Shown here piece by piece: positions 1 through 9,013 of a stretch of DNA of 53,770 bases (positions are counted from its first letter, which is position 1; each line of letters starts with the position of its first letter). The notes beneath the pieces were generated by a model. That model saw nothing but the letters and a program-made list of their open reading frames with translations, ran no database searches and was not told where the DNA came from. Source of the DNA: a virus (Duplodnaviria > Caudoviricetes); the IMG/VR virus record IMGVR_UViG_3300031227_000061, positions 1 through 53,770 of that record, one strand, 5' to 3'. The position numbers and the translations under genes are program-made.

Positions 1-799
1 CGTCATCGGTCGATACGGTTGCCGTCACGTCGTTCCCGTCCTGTAAGACCACGACGGGCTTGACCTCATGTAGGAGGAACGGCACGCCCAAAGCGGCGGT
101 CGCCGAGATGGTGCTGGAGACCTGCGGGACGGTCGGTGCCGTTGACACGCTGTGCGGCCAGAGGCTTGTCCCGGACGCGCCCAATGAACGCAGGTCGCAC
201 GCGGCAACCCATTCCAGACCCCCGCCCTGCATCGGGCGTACAAGCCGCGTGGTGCCGTCCTGCATGAGCCGCACGCCGGTCAGCCCCCCGGCGGAGAGCA
301 CCCGCGTACCGATCACGGAGTTGGAGTAGCGGAGGTCCGCCACGCCAACATTGTGGAACTTGATCTTGAATATGCAGTCAGCGGGGAGGGGCACCTGATA
401 CACCGGAGAGTACCATGTGAACATCAGGTGCCCGTTCCCCGCAATAATGTCGCTGCCCCCGGCGGGATCGGCGTAGGCCGTCGCGTCGCCAAGCGTCGAG
501 ACCGGATCCGGCACGGCGGTGGTGATGTGCTGATTCTGCAAGTCCACCCACCAAATGAACAGCATGACGAGGCCCGCGACCAGCAGATGAGCGACGTAAT
601 ACCGGAGCTCGACGGTCTGCTCGAAGATCACGACACCATCGGCGGTGATGATCTGGACTTTCCACTCGCCATTCATCAGCGGCGACAGTTCAAACGGCGA
701 GAACTCGGTGTCGATGTAGTACAGGTACTGAAACGCCGATGCCGGGGTGTCTGAAATGGTGCCGGAAGAGCCGATTGACCTCCATTCCGTAAATGCCAT
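1..799 (-). CDS. Tail protein downstream of tape measure (partial, runs off the window)
   Basis: ATG at 799 overlaps the TMP stop (TAATG); hand translation (MAFTEWRSIGSSG...) stays open to position 1; absent from the ORF track because it has no stop. Confidence 0.7.
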   Translation of the reverse strand, partial: MAFTEWRSIGSSGTISDTPASAFQYLYYIDTEFSPFELSPLMNGEWKVQIITADGVVIFEQTVELRYYVAHLLVAGLVMLFIWWVDLQNQHITTAVPDPVSTLGDATAYADPAGGSDIIAGNGHLMFTWYSPVYQVPLPADCIFKIKFHNVGVADLRYSNSVIGTRVLSAGGLTGVRLMQDGTTRLVRPMQGGGLEWVAACDLRSLGASGTSLWPHSVSTAPTVPQVSSTISATAALGVPFLLHEVKPVVVLQDGNDVTATVSTDD

Positions 800-3519
800 T
801 ATCCGATTGAGACCTGCAACGAGCGGAACATATCCTGCGCTTGCAGGTACTCCATGCGCGCGGCGAATTCAGCCGACGGGTTGATGGTGACTTTGGCTTC
901 CGGCACGCCCCGGGCGGCCTTCTGATCGTCGGCTTCCTTCAGCGCATCGGCCATCGCGCGCTTCCACTCGTCATAGAAGCTGCGCTTGCCCACCTCTTCA
1001 ACCACGTCCCGCGCCTTGTCGAACGCATTGCGCACCGGGTCGTTATCGATGCCTTCTTTGCGGGCCTTGCTCCGGCGTTGATACTCCTGCTCCACGCGGG
1101 AGCTGTCTTCATCCGAGAGCCCGCTCTGGAAGGCCTTGTCGGAGAAGCCCATCTCCTTGGCGACATCCTGTCTCAGGACGTAGCCGCGAGACGCAGCCAT
1201 TGTGGCGGTCTTATTTGCCTCGCGCCCGGACTGCCACATGTCATAGGCGAGCCGAGCAAACTGGCCGCCTTCATTCGCGAGGGTACGAACGACCATGCCC
1301 GGCAGGCCCCCCTGCAGCGCGCCCAGCCCTGCCGATATTGCAGTGCCGCCAATGCGTCCAGCTTCGCGGTCGCCCTTGACGCCGCCCGTCATCCAGCCAC
1401 TGAGCGCATCACCGACAATGGGCAATGCTTTGCCGGCTATCCCGCCGAGGGCAGACCCTTCAGCCTGCATTCCCCACATGCCGAGCTTCGATGCGGCCGC
1501 GCCGAGCTTCGATGTGGCGGGAATGGCCGCGAGGACCTTGTTGCCGACTGACCCGAATGCCTGAGCGAGACGCGAACCGCCAGCCAGGACGGGCCGCACT
1601 ACCTTGTAGGCCTCGTAAGCCAGCTTGGCGACAATCCCGCCGCCCAGCACCTGCAACCACGGGCGATCTGCGACGGCGTCTTTTGCCCTGTCGGCGATGT
1701 TAGACGTGTCGAAATCGAAGCCTCCGCCGCCAATGCCCGGTGCCCCGCCCGTGCCGGAGCTGCTGCGCGGAGACTGCCCGCCACCGAAGCCACCGCCCGC
1801 GCCGCCCCCACTTCCGCCCGCGCCAGGCATCGAAATCCCAAGTAGGCCAGCGACCCCGCTGAAGAATGCTGACAACTTCGGCCAGAGGGTCTCGGCGAAC
1901 CACGTGTATATCTTCTCCAGCCAGTCGATGGCGATCGGCAGTTTGTCAAAGAACCAGTCAAGCGCCTTGCCCAACATCTCCGGTATCTGCTCAATAGCCG
2001 TAAAGACCGTTGCCTTGTTGTCGTCCCACAAGTTGAAGAGACCGGATGTGGCCGACTCAATGACGGGAATAGCCGCCCCCAGCACTTCGAGCTTCAGGCC
2101 GGTGAAGAGTGTCGAGAGCCGGTTCAGCGTGGGTTCAAGCGTTCCGAAAATGCGCTCCATCAACCGCGTGTTTTTGCCGAACTCACGGGCCAGGTCCGCC
2201 GACTGCTCCACCTGCTCCTCCGACATGTTTGCCATCCGCATGAGCGCGTCAGGATGCCCGCCAGAGAGCACGGACGCCATCGGGTGCTGCAACATCCCCG
2301 GTGCCCCGCGTAGCATCCCGGCAGCGCCCTGCATCGAGCCAACGGGATCCTCGGGGTCGTAATCCATCCCGAACGCGCCGAACTTCGCCTGCTGGAATTC
2401 CGGGCGCCCCTGCCAGGACGAAAACATGGAGCCGGTGTCGGCGTTTATCGCCTTGCCGAACAGCATGGTCGAGAGGTCGGTCCCCGGCTGCATCCCACCG
2501 ATCGCGCGCATGGCGAAAGTAGCCGATGACGCCTCCCGGCCGGTGCGCGTCAGGTCCTGAAGGACGGTCACGACGCCGGACAACGCCTTCTCTGCGGCTT
2601 CGGCCACGGCCCCGACGGTCTCCGAGATTGCGCTTGCGAGGCCCGTCCCGATGGTGGCAATGGCCCCGATGAACAGCCCGAGGATGGCCCCGCCGATGAG
2701 CCCAGCGCCCAAAGCGCCGGCCATCGACAGCGCGCCCGTCAGGAGTTGCGAGACGGCCTGCCCCATGGACGTGAGCACCTGCCCGCCGGTACGGAGTGCG
2801 CCGGTGAACAGCCCCGCGACGGCATCACCCATCCGTGCCAGGCCAGTGCCCGACGCTCCTGCGGCCATTTCGAGTGCCGAGGCGATGGTGCGGGTGGCGA
2901 ACCCTGCGATGCTTTGCGCCGTGCGCGTTGTGGCAGCCACGCCGGCGCCCACGAGCGCCCCGCCAGACGCGAACATGCCTGCTATGTCGTTGCCACGGCC
3001 ACGGCCCCGAGAGCCGCTTGCACCAGCGCCCGAGCCCGTATCGCCTTCGCCGCCTTCGCCGGAAGCACGTTCTGCGTCGCGTTGCGTCCGGAATGCGTCT
3101 ACGTCGGAGCGTTGAAATTGCCACCGGCCCTCTGCCCGGTTCGCCCGTACGTTGCCCTCTCGCGCATGGTGCGCCACCTGCTGAGGAGCTATCTGTAATA
3201 TGTCGGATGCCTGACGGCTTGTGAGCGTGTCGCCGGGATCGCCGCCGGATGAGAACGCGCCGCCCTGCCCGCCCTGCGTTTCTGGCGCAGCCCAGTCCGC
3301 CGCCATTTCGTCAGCCAGCGCCTGCGCCTGCTGTTCGAGGCTTTCCCGTTCCTGCGTGCGGATGAATGAGCCCGCCCGCCGGAGCGATCCTGTCGGACCA
3401 ACCTCTTCGCGCGCCGTCCGCCATCCGCCCGTTGCGGTCCACCGGTAACGGCCGCCAGTGCGTTGGGCAACGGCATTACGGGCTACGCGCATCTGTTCCT
3501 GCGGGTCATTCATGCTCAC
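799..3519 (-). CDS. Tape measure protein with N-terminal excisionase-like (HTH_17) domain
   Basis: 906 aa, Ala/Gly-rich helical repeats with hydrophobic segments, follows the chaperone genes; LTSRQASDILQIAPQQVAHHAREGNVRANRAEGRWQFQRSDVDAF near aa 96-143. Confidence 0.85.
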   Translation of the reverse strand: MSMNDPQEQMRVARNAVAQRTGGRYRWTATGGWRTAREEVGPTGSLRRAGSFIRTQERESLEQQAQALADEMAADWAAPETQGGQGGAFSSGGDPGDTLTSRQASDILQIAPQQVAHHAREGNVRANRAEGRWQFQRSDVDAFRTQRDAERASGEGGEGDTGSGAGASGSRGRGRGNDIAGMFASGGALVGAGVAATTRTAQSIAGFATRTIASALEMAAGASGTGLARMGDAVAGLFTGALRTGGQVLTSMGQAVSQLLTGALSMAGALGAGLIGGAILGLFIGAIATIGTGLASAISETVGAVAEAAEKALSGVVTVLQDLTRTGREASSATFAMRAIGGMQPGTDLSTMLFGKAINADTGSMFSSWQGRPEFQQAKFGAFGMDYDPEDPVGSMQGAAGMLRGAPGMLQHPMASVLSGGHPDALMRMANMSEEQVEQSADLAREFGKNTRLMERIFGTLEPTLNRLSTLFTGLKLEVLGAAIPVIESATSGLFNLWDDNKATVFTAIEQIPEMLGKALDWFFDKLPIAIDWLEKIYTWFAETLWPKLSAFFSGVAGLLGISMPGAGGSGGGAGGGFGGGQSPRSSSGTGGAPGIGGGGFDFDTSNIADRAKDAVADRPWLQVLGGGIVAKLAYEAYKVVRPVLAGGSRLAQAFGSVGNKVLAAIPATSKLGAAASKLGMWGMQAEGSALGGIAGKALPIVGDALSGWMTGGVKGDREAGRIGGTAISAGLGALQGGLPGMVVRTLANEGGQFARLAYDMWQSGREANKTATMAASRGYVLRQDVAKEMGFSDKAFQSGLSDEDSSRVEQEYQRRSKARKEGIDNDPVRNAFDKARDVVEEVGKRSFYDEWKRAMADALKEADDQKAARGVPEAKVTINPSAEFAARMEYLQAQDMFRSLQVSIG

Positions 3520-3525
3520 GGGTGG

Positions 3526-3792
3526 CTATCCTCCCAGCAGCGGGCAACCGCCGCCGTTCTTTGCGGATTCGTACAGCGCGTAGTGCTCGGACATGGTGAA
3601 CGCGGGGGCCAGAATGCACGCGGCATCCCACATCCGGGAAGTCGTGACGCGCCTCCCGAACTCCCACGGCGGGACGCCGGTATCCCGAAGTATCAGGTAG
3701 GCAAGCAGAAGCTCCCGCGCGGAGGCGGGAGCAGTATCAGAGGGCAGATCGACGCCGGCGGCTATGCTGTCGGCTGCCCTGCGGAGAAATCT
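3526..3792 (-). CDS. Tail assembly chaperone extension (gpT-like), probably reached by -1 frameshift
   Basis: Open -1 frame overlapping the chaperone 3' end and ending just before the TMP; no convincing own start. Confidence 0.55.
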   Translation of the reverse strand, partial: RFLRRAADSIAAGVDLPSDTAPASARELLLAYLILRDTGVPPWEFGRRVTTSRMWDAACILAPAFTMSEHYALYESAKNGGGCPLLGG

Positions 3793-4193
3793 GCTTCGTC
3801 GAAGCTCAGGGACGTCTCTTTGCCGATGGCGCGGGTCAGTTGCGCCTTGACGTGATTCGGGAGCCGCACGGCGTTCTCGGGCGTGCATTCGGTGTCGCCG
3901 AAGCCATCCCACGCCACGAGGCCAGCAGAAACGACCATATCGTACATCTCACGCTCCGACTTGAGCGCAGCCTGCCCGAGGGCGTTCATTTGGCTGAATT
4001 CGTCGTCAGACAGGTCGTTCTCGGTGTCTACGCGCCGGGCCAGGGCGGTCTGCGCACGGCGCTTCGCGACGACCTGCTCCCCGATGCCCCGCGCCTGCTC
4101 CTGCTCTTCATCCGTCAACTCGCGGAAGCAGAACGACACGTCCTCGATGGTGATCTCGTCGGCGTAGTACCCCTCGTCGCCTTGCAGCCTCAT
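3762..4193 (-). CDS. Tail assembly chaperone (gpG-like)
   Basis: 143 aa acidic/helical protein (FRELT...GLVAW..F...ECTPEN...LP) in the canonical position upstream of the TMP. Confidence 0.7.
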   Translation of the reverse strand: MRLQGDEGYYADEITIEDVSFCFRELTDEEQEQARGIGEQVVAKRRAQTALARRVDTENDLSDDEFSQMNALGQAALKSEREMYDMVVSAGLVAWDGFGDTECTPENAVRLPNHVKAQLTRAIGKETSLSFDEADFSAGQPTA

Positions 4194-4627
4194 TCGGGTT
4201 CACTCTCGCTCTCTCCGGTGGTTTGGCGCAGTTCGCAGCACGACGGTTGCGGCGCGGGCGCGTAATGCACATGCTCTTTGCAGTCGAAGCAGTTCGGGTA
4301 GATGTCGCCCGACGCCCCGACGTAGTACGTCGCAGTGTACTCGCTGCCTATAGGCCCGAGGTCCTCAAATCCAGAGACGATGCGACGCTCGTGCTTGACG
4401 ATGACCGGCTCTTCGACGGTCAACCGCATGTAGCATGAAAGAGACAAGTGCGCGTGGCCGGGCGGGTACTCAATGTCATAGAAGCGCACCCAGCGCCCCT
4501 CGGTAGGCGGGTGCAGTTCACACCGCAATTCCAGTGTGTCCCGCGGCGTGCAGAAGTCGCCGATATGGACGTAGACCTTCTTCGTGCAGCCGGGCTCGGC
4601 ACACTCATGGATGTAGCAGTCACACAT
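4190..4627 (-). CDS. Hypothetical Cys/His-rich protein
   Basis: ORF with SD, overlapping neighbours, bracketed by 21-bp direct repeats. Confidence 0.6.
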   Translation of the reverse strand: MCDCYIHECAEPGCTKKVYVHIGDFCTPRDTLELRCELHPPTEGRWVRFYDIEYPPGHAHLSLSCYMRLTVEEPVIVKHERRIVSGFEDLGPIGSEYTATYYVGASGDIYPNCFDCKEHVHYAPAPQPSCCELRQTTGESESEPE

Positions 4628-4654
4628 CGGGTGTCTCGCTCTCTCCGGTGGTTT
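4204..4654. repeat. Perfect 21-bp direct repeat TCTCGCTCTCTCCGGTGGTTT (4204-4224 and 4634-4654); partial copies at 4874-4885 and 13464-13478
   Basis: Read directly; on the minus strand each copy contains GGAG shortly upstream of a start codon. Confidence 0.9.
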
Positions 4655-4868
4655 CGAGTTGTGAGATCAACCGCCGCAGATACCAGACTGCCTTCTGCAG
4701 GTCCAGCACGCCGCCTTTGAGCTTGTAGCGGGCGATGTACTGCACCGCGGAGCCCTCGTGGAACCCCATGCCCTGCGCCTCGATGAAGTCAATGGGCTCG
4801 ATGGTCCCCTGCGTGTAGTGCGGCGGATGGTCGATCATGTCGGGCTCTTCAGGTGCTTCGCTCGCCAT
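4620..4868 (-). CDS. DUF3310 (SaV-like) phage protein
   Basis: DMIDHPPHYTQGTIEPIDFIE...F..GSAVQYIARYKLKGGVLDLQKAVWYL matches the family pattern. Confidence 0.9.
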   Translation of the reverse strand: MASEAPEEPDMIDHPPHYTQGTIEPIDFIEAQGMGFHEGSAVQYIARYKLKGGVLDLQKAVWYLRRLISQLETTGESETPDV

Positions 4869-4942
4869 CGCTTCTCTCTCCGGTGTTGGGAATATGCGAC
4901 AGGTGATTCATTTTCCACGCCAGGGCCATATTTCGTGAACAC

Positions 4943-4978
4943 AGAATATCGCACTGGCGGAGACGCAGCTACCGACCT
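4943..4978 (-). promoter_or_regulatory. Putative phage-specific promoter 1: AGGTCGGTAGC-N19-TATTCT
   Basis: One of three copies with the same 11-mer and the same 19-nt spacing to TANNNT. Confidence 0.7.
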
Positions 4979-6377
4979 ACGTGGTGGGCAGGTCGAGCCG
5001 CACGGTCTTTTTGCGCTCGGGCGGGTAGAATGCGTGTGGGATAGGTCGCAACTCATGGATAGTGCCATCGTCGGCGACGTCCATCTCAACCATCCACGCG
5101 GCGACCCCTGCCGATAGCCTCTTCCGACGCATGAATGGCGTCTGCCAGCATAAGGTGCCGGGACAGATCACATGAATGTTGCGAGGCGTGAAGTAGTTGC
5201 TTTTGTGGTAGTGGCCGATGAGCGCGAGATGTGGCTTCGTGCCACCTTCGAGGCTCTCAGCCCACTTCTGAACCTGGTACGACACGGCATAGCTGCTGCC
5301 ACCGTCGGGGTGCAGGAGGGAAATCTTCGTGCGGTACTCCGGCCCAACCCAGACGTTCTCCTCGTCGGCGCCGAGGTACACCATATCTTCGCGGCCAGGC
5401 ACCCAGAGCCGTTCCTCGCCGACCGGCCCCAGAGACGGGTACACAAAGCCGCGCGTCACCGCGTCGCCCATCGAGAACCCAGTTCTTGCGAAGCACCATC
5501 CCGCGTGCGACTTGCTGCTCTCGATGAAGTACGTCTTCATTCCCTCGCGGCGGGGGTATTCGTCGATGATGTACTTCGCGCATTCCCACTGCAACTGCAA
5601 TCCCGGCTGCACTTCGAGGTCGTGGCCGGGATACCCCTTGTTGCCGGGGCCGTCACTCAGGTCCCCCGAATGGAGAACAGCCGTGACGCCTTTCTCCAGG
5701 AACCAGTCGTACGTCCACTCAAGTTCTGCCCGTGCGCAGCTCAGGTTCTCCAGGTGCGTGTCGGAGATGGCCCCGAACCGGACGGTGCTCAGATTGTGGC
5801 CGGGCAGATCGTAGTCGCTGATCACGGCCGTCGCAGTCGTGAGAATTGACGCGGATGCGTTGTCGCCGCCTTTGTCAACGTGGACAACAAAGCCGGCCTC
5901 TTTGATCTGCTCCAGCGACTTGCGGATGGTCGCGACAGAGCGGTCAAAGCGGGTACTCAGTTGCTCGAGCGTGTAGTGTCTGTTCCGTTGCTTCAGCAGC
6001 CGGTGCAGCGGCCCGGCCAGAGACCCTTCCAGCCCCGTCTCCGGATCCGGCTTTTCCGGCTTCGTGCGCCGCGTGTTGATCGACATATCGAATGCCGGAA
6101 CGTCCTCCTCCAACAGCTTGTAACACGCGGCCTTACCTTTGATGCCCCGTTGCGTCCAGTATGTGTTGAGGTTGCCGCCAACGCCCTGGTAGCCGATGTG
6201 CGCAGCCATCTCGGGCCACGTCCCACAGTAGATGCGGAACGCGGCCAACTCTATGTCCGTCAGGCCGTAGATGCCTTCCATCTTGGCCCCGGCGAGATTC
6301 TTCAGCTTCCGGCCAAGCACATTCTTACATCGCTTCTTCAGGGCTACGTCTGCCTCTCCGGTGTTTTTGGCAGCCAT
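4977..6377 (-). CDS. Calcineurin-like metallophosphoesterase with N-terminal HTH
   Basis: ISDTH, HSGDLSDG, LLHP and GHYH motifs; winged-HTH-like YTLEQLSTRFDRSVATIRKSLEQIKEAGF. Confidence 0.85.
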   Translation of the reverse strand: MAAKNTGEADVALKKRCKNVLGRKLKNLAGAKMEGIYGLTDIELAAFRIYCGTWPEMAAHIGYQGVGGNLNTYWTQRGIKGKAACYKLLEEDVPAFDMSINTRRTKPEKPDPETGLEGSLAGPLHRLLKQRNRHYTLEQLSTRFDRSVATIRKSLEQIKEAGFVVHVDKGGDNASASILTTATAVISDYDLPGHNLSTVRFGAISDTHLENLSCARAELEWTYDWFLEKGVTAVLHSGDLSDGPGNKGYPGHDLEVQPGLQLQWECAKYIIDEYPRREGMKTYFIESSKSHAGWCFARTGFSMGDAVTRGFVYPSLGPVGEERLWVPGREDMVYLGADEENVWVGPEYRTKISLLHPDGGSSYAVSYQVQKWAESLEGGTKPHLALIGHYHKSNYFTPRNIHVICPGTLCWQTPFMRRKRLSAGVAAWMVEMDVADDGTIHELRPIPHAFYPPERKKTVRLDLPTT

Positions 6378-6393
6378 AGGTCCCTCCTCCCTA

Positions 6394-7365
6394 TCAGGTA
6401 GTGAGCCCGTACGTCGGCGTGAAGCCGTAAGAGGCCGTATCCACGGACCACGACAGAATGCCGTTGGCGTCCACGGCGGGCCGCTGGTACGAATTCAGGA
6501 ACGAATAGTCAATAACCACCTGGTAATACCGGCGCCCAGAGCCGGAGCCAGCCTGCTCCCAGCGGAGCGTCAACTCGCCCCAAGTGTCGGTGTCAGAGAA
6601 TGCGTCGGGGAGTTCATCGTGCAACTGCACGGACAGCCGCAGGTTCTCCATGGTCGGCATCAAACGGTACGCCGTCCGGCTGATGGCGAGTTCGGAGCCG
6701 AGTGCGCCGAACATCTGCCGATGGCCTTGACGCTGCACGCCGTTGTCGCCAGACAGGTTCACGCCCGAGATGATGGGCTGATAGTCCGTGCTGCCGATGG
6801 TGAACGACTGGTATGCCCAGATCAGCACGTCGCCATCGGGGGCCGTGACGCCGCTTTGAGGCGACGTCTGTGGAATGTCAACCATGGGGATGATACCGAG
6901 GTCGTACCCGAGCGGCTGCCCCTCCTGCGAGCGGATGCTCCAGGTGTTGATGACACAGTCGAGGTACTGGGTCGCGATCCCGTCGCCGAAGACGTCGTCG
7001 GTCCCGTCCTCGATGACGATCTGCTGCAGGCCCTTGTTGAGGCCCGCATCGTCGGGGTCTGAGCGGTCGCGGAGACAATGCGTCAGAATGGTGCCGTCCG
7101 CGATGAGCCCACGAATGGACAGGTCCAATTCTTTGCGCCCCGGCACTTCGTCGAGCGCCTTTGACGCCCCGATGCCAAGCACCGGCGTGAAGTTATGCGT
7201 GACGTTCGAGCCCGGCAGACTACACGGGCCGAGGACGTTGCTGAGACCGGTTTGCAGGGATGGGGCGGTAGTGGCGCTAGGAGAGACCAGTGTTGCGGCC
7301 TGCGTCTTCCAGACGACATACCCCTGATGCCCCGCCCGATATTCCGCTGTGCTGAAGAGCGACAT
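6394..7365 (-). CDS. Major tail (tube) protein
   Basis: 323 aa beta-rich protein with strong SD (GAGAGGTG), upstream of chaperone and TMP. Confidence 0.7.
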   Translation of the reverse strand: MSLFSTAEYRAGHQGYVVWKTQAATLVSPSATTAPSLQTGLSNVLGPCSLPGSNVTHNFTPVLGIGASKALDEVPGRKELDLSIRGLIADGTILTHCLRDRSDPDDAGLNKGLQQIVIEDGTDDVFGDGIATQYLDCVINTWSIRSQEGQPLGYDLGIIPMVDIPQTSPQSGVTAPDGDVLIWAYQSFTIGSTDYQPIISGVNLSGDNGVQRQGHRQMFGALGSELAISRTAYRLMPTMENLRLSVQLHDELPDAFSDTDTWGELTLRWEQAGSGSGRRYYQVVIDYSFLNSYQRPAVDANGILSWSVDTASYGFTPTYGLTT

Positions 7366-7380
7366 AGGTCACCTCTCACG

Positions 7381-7409
7381 AAAAAAGCCCCGCCCAATGG
7401 GCGAGGCTC
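7381..7409 (-). terminator. Intrinsic terminator-like hairpin upstream of tail tube gene
   Basis: GAGCCTCGCCC-ATT-GGGCGGGGCT followed by a T tract on the minus strand. Confidence 0.75.
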
Positions 7410-7452
7410 AGAATGGTCGCAGGTTGTACGTGCGGGTACGGCGGGCGAGAGC

Positions 7453-8412
7453 TTAGAGCGCGAGACGCCGGTCGGGCGCCGGATAGAATGCGATGGCGTC
7501 AGCCGCCGTGCCGCCGCTTGACGTGGCCGATACCCCGCCGATGAAGCAGGGGTACACGAATGCGTCGGTGGAATACGTGTGGAGCAGGTTCGTGGTCACG
7601 GTGATCGACGTGTTCTCGTCGACGGAGGCGACGACGCCGTATTCCTGCTGCGCCCACGCCTCGGTGGGTGCGGAGCCGGTCCACTCAGTGATGAGCACCG
7701 TCTGGCCCTCGCTGAACTGAGCCGTGGCAGACATAAGGATGATCTTCTGTGCGGCAGCCGCCTCGGACGTCACAGCCTCCGCGCCGAACACATACGTGTC
7801 GCCGACGGCCCCGGTGGTGCCAGAGCCGACGACAACCTGCTCCACGGCCTCGTTCGCCTCGCTGGTGACCTTGAACGTGCCGGTGACGGTCCAGTTGTCG
7901 GTGCCGATCTTGGTCACGCGGCCGAGAACGGGTGACGCCGAAGCCGCGGCGGTGTCGATGTCCGCTGCCGCCACCATGCTGCCGCCGAGAATGAACGTCC
8001 CGAGGCAACGCCCGGGGGCCGATGCTCCTGCATCAGATCGCGCGTGCTTGTTCACCGTCGCCAGCGCGTAGCCCGCCGACGTCAGAATGGCCGCAGTGCT
8101 TTCGTCCACGCGGAGCATCAAGTCCGCGAAGAAGTCGGGGATGGTGGTGTCTTCGCCCGCCATGTACGTGCCGAGGTCGGACAGCCACGCATCCATTTCT
8201 GCGAGGTCCCCGAGGTCTGGCACGAGCAGGACGGCGTCGAGCGCCGTGGCGTTCGCGTTGCATACACAGTTCTCGTAGGTCTCGTCGCCGGTCGCGTCAG
8301 CGCGTGTCCAGATGTCAGTGCCGCCGGTCATTGCATAGCCGCTTGCCTGCACCTGGTAGGCGAACCGATCCATTGCGCTGAGTACGGCTTTCTGTACAGT
8401 CGAAAATGCCAT
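7453..8412 (-). CDS. Putative virion structural protein (tail-associated)
   Basis: Thr/Ala/Gly-rich with a beta-rich C-terminus, SD GAGAGGTG, between tail terminator and tube. Confidence 0.55.
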   Translation of the reverse strand: MAFSTVQKAVLSAMDRFAYQVQASGYAMTGGTDIWTRADATGDETYENCVCNANATALDAVLLVPDLGDLAEMDAWLSDLGTYMAGEDTTIPDFFADLMLRVDESTAAILTSAGYALATVNKHARSDAGASAPGRCLGTFILGGSMVAAADIDTAAASASPVLGRVTKIGTDNWTVTGTFKVTSEANEAVEQVVVGSGTTGAVGDTYVFGAEAVTSEAAAAQKIILMSATAQFSEGQTVLITEWTGSAPTEAWAQQEYGVVASVDENTSITVTTNLLHTYSTDAFVYPCFIGGVSATSSGGTAADAIAFYPAPDRRLAL

Positions 8413-8443
8413 TTGTGTCACCTCTCAGCCCGCAGGCGGCGGG

Positions 8444-8998
8444 CTATGATGTTCTGTCATTCCAGAGATTGCTTTGCGGCGGTTGGCGGAGCACGAAGCG
8501 CGCTTGCCAGCCGGAGTAGTGCGGGAAGTCGCCGGGCACGATACGATAGCCAACGGGGTGCAGTTCGTTCCACAGCCGCACCGTCGCGTCGTCGGGGTCC
8601 TTCATGTTCGCTCGGTACTCCGGGTGGTACAGGATGGCGCTTGCGACCGTGGCAACGTCGAGCGAGAGCTGCAACTGCCGTCGGTCAATCTGCGGTGCGA
8701 ATGCGCAGGTGATCGCGATTTCGGCTTCGTCCATGTGGCCCATGCCGAATTCGGTTGAGTTGAAGGCCCCGCCGACGATGATGGCCGGCCAGCCCTTCTC
8801 GCCGATCCCGGCTTCGCCCGCGTAGAAGTAGCCAGCCGGCTTTGCCGTGGCCTCGCGGAAGCCCAACCCTTCAAGCACCGGCCACAGGTTGGTTTCCATC
8901 GCTTCGAGGATCATGTCCAGGGCAGGCACGGCGCGGCCCCGTCGCGTGTTGAGCACGTCTATCACTTCGTCAACGTCGAGTGTCGGCGCCGTCGGCAT
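8444..8998 (-). CDS. Putative tail terminator/completion protein
   Basis: Size, position and WPAIIV beta-strand pattern. Confidence 0.5.
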   Translation of the reverse strand: MPTAPTLDVDEVIDVLNTRRGRAVPALDMILEAMETNLWPVLEGLGFREATAKPAGYFYAGEAGIGEKGWPAIIVGGAFNSTEFGMGHMDEAEIAITCAFAPQIDRRQLQLSLDVATVASAILYHPEYRANMKDPDDATVRLWNELHPVGYRIVPGDFPHYSGWQARFVLRQPPQSNLWNDRTS

Positions 8999-9013
8999 TC
9001 AATCACCGCCTCT

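Noticed and set aside
1480-1518. 21-bp-period repeat GCCGAGCTTCGATG in the tape measure gene
   Set aside because: In-frame coding duplication (SKLG twice), ordinary for TMPs
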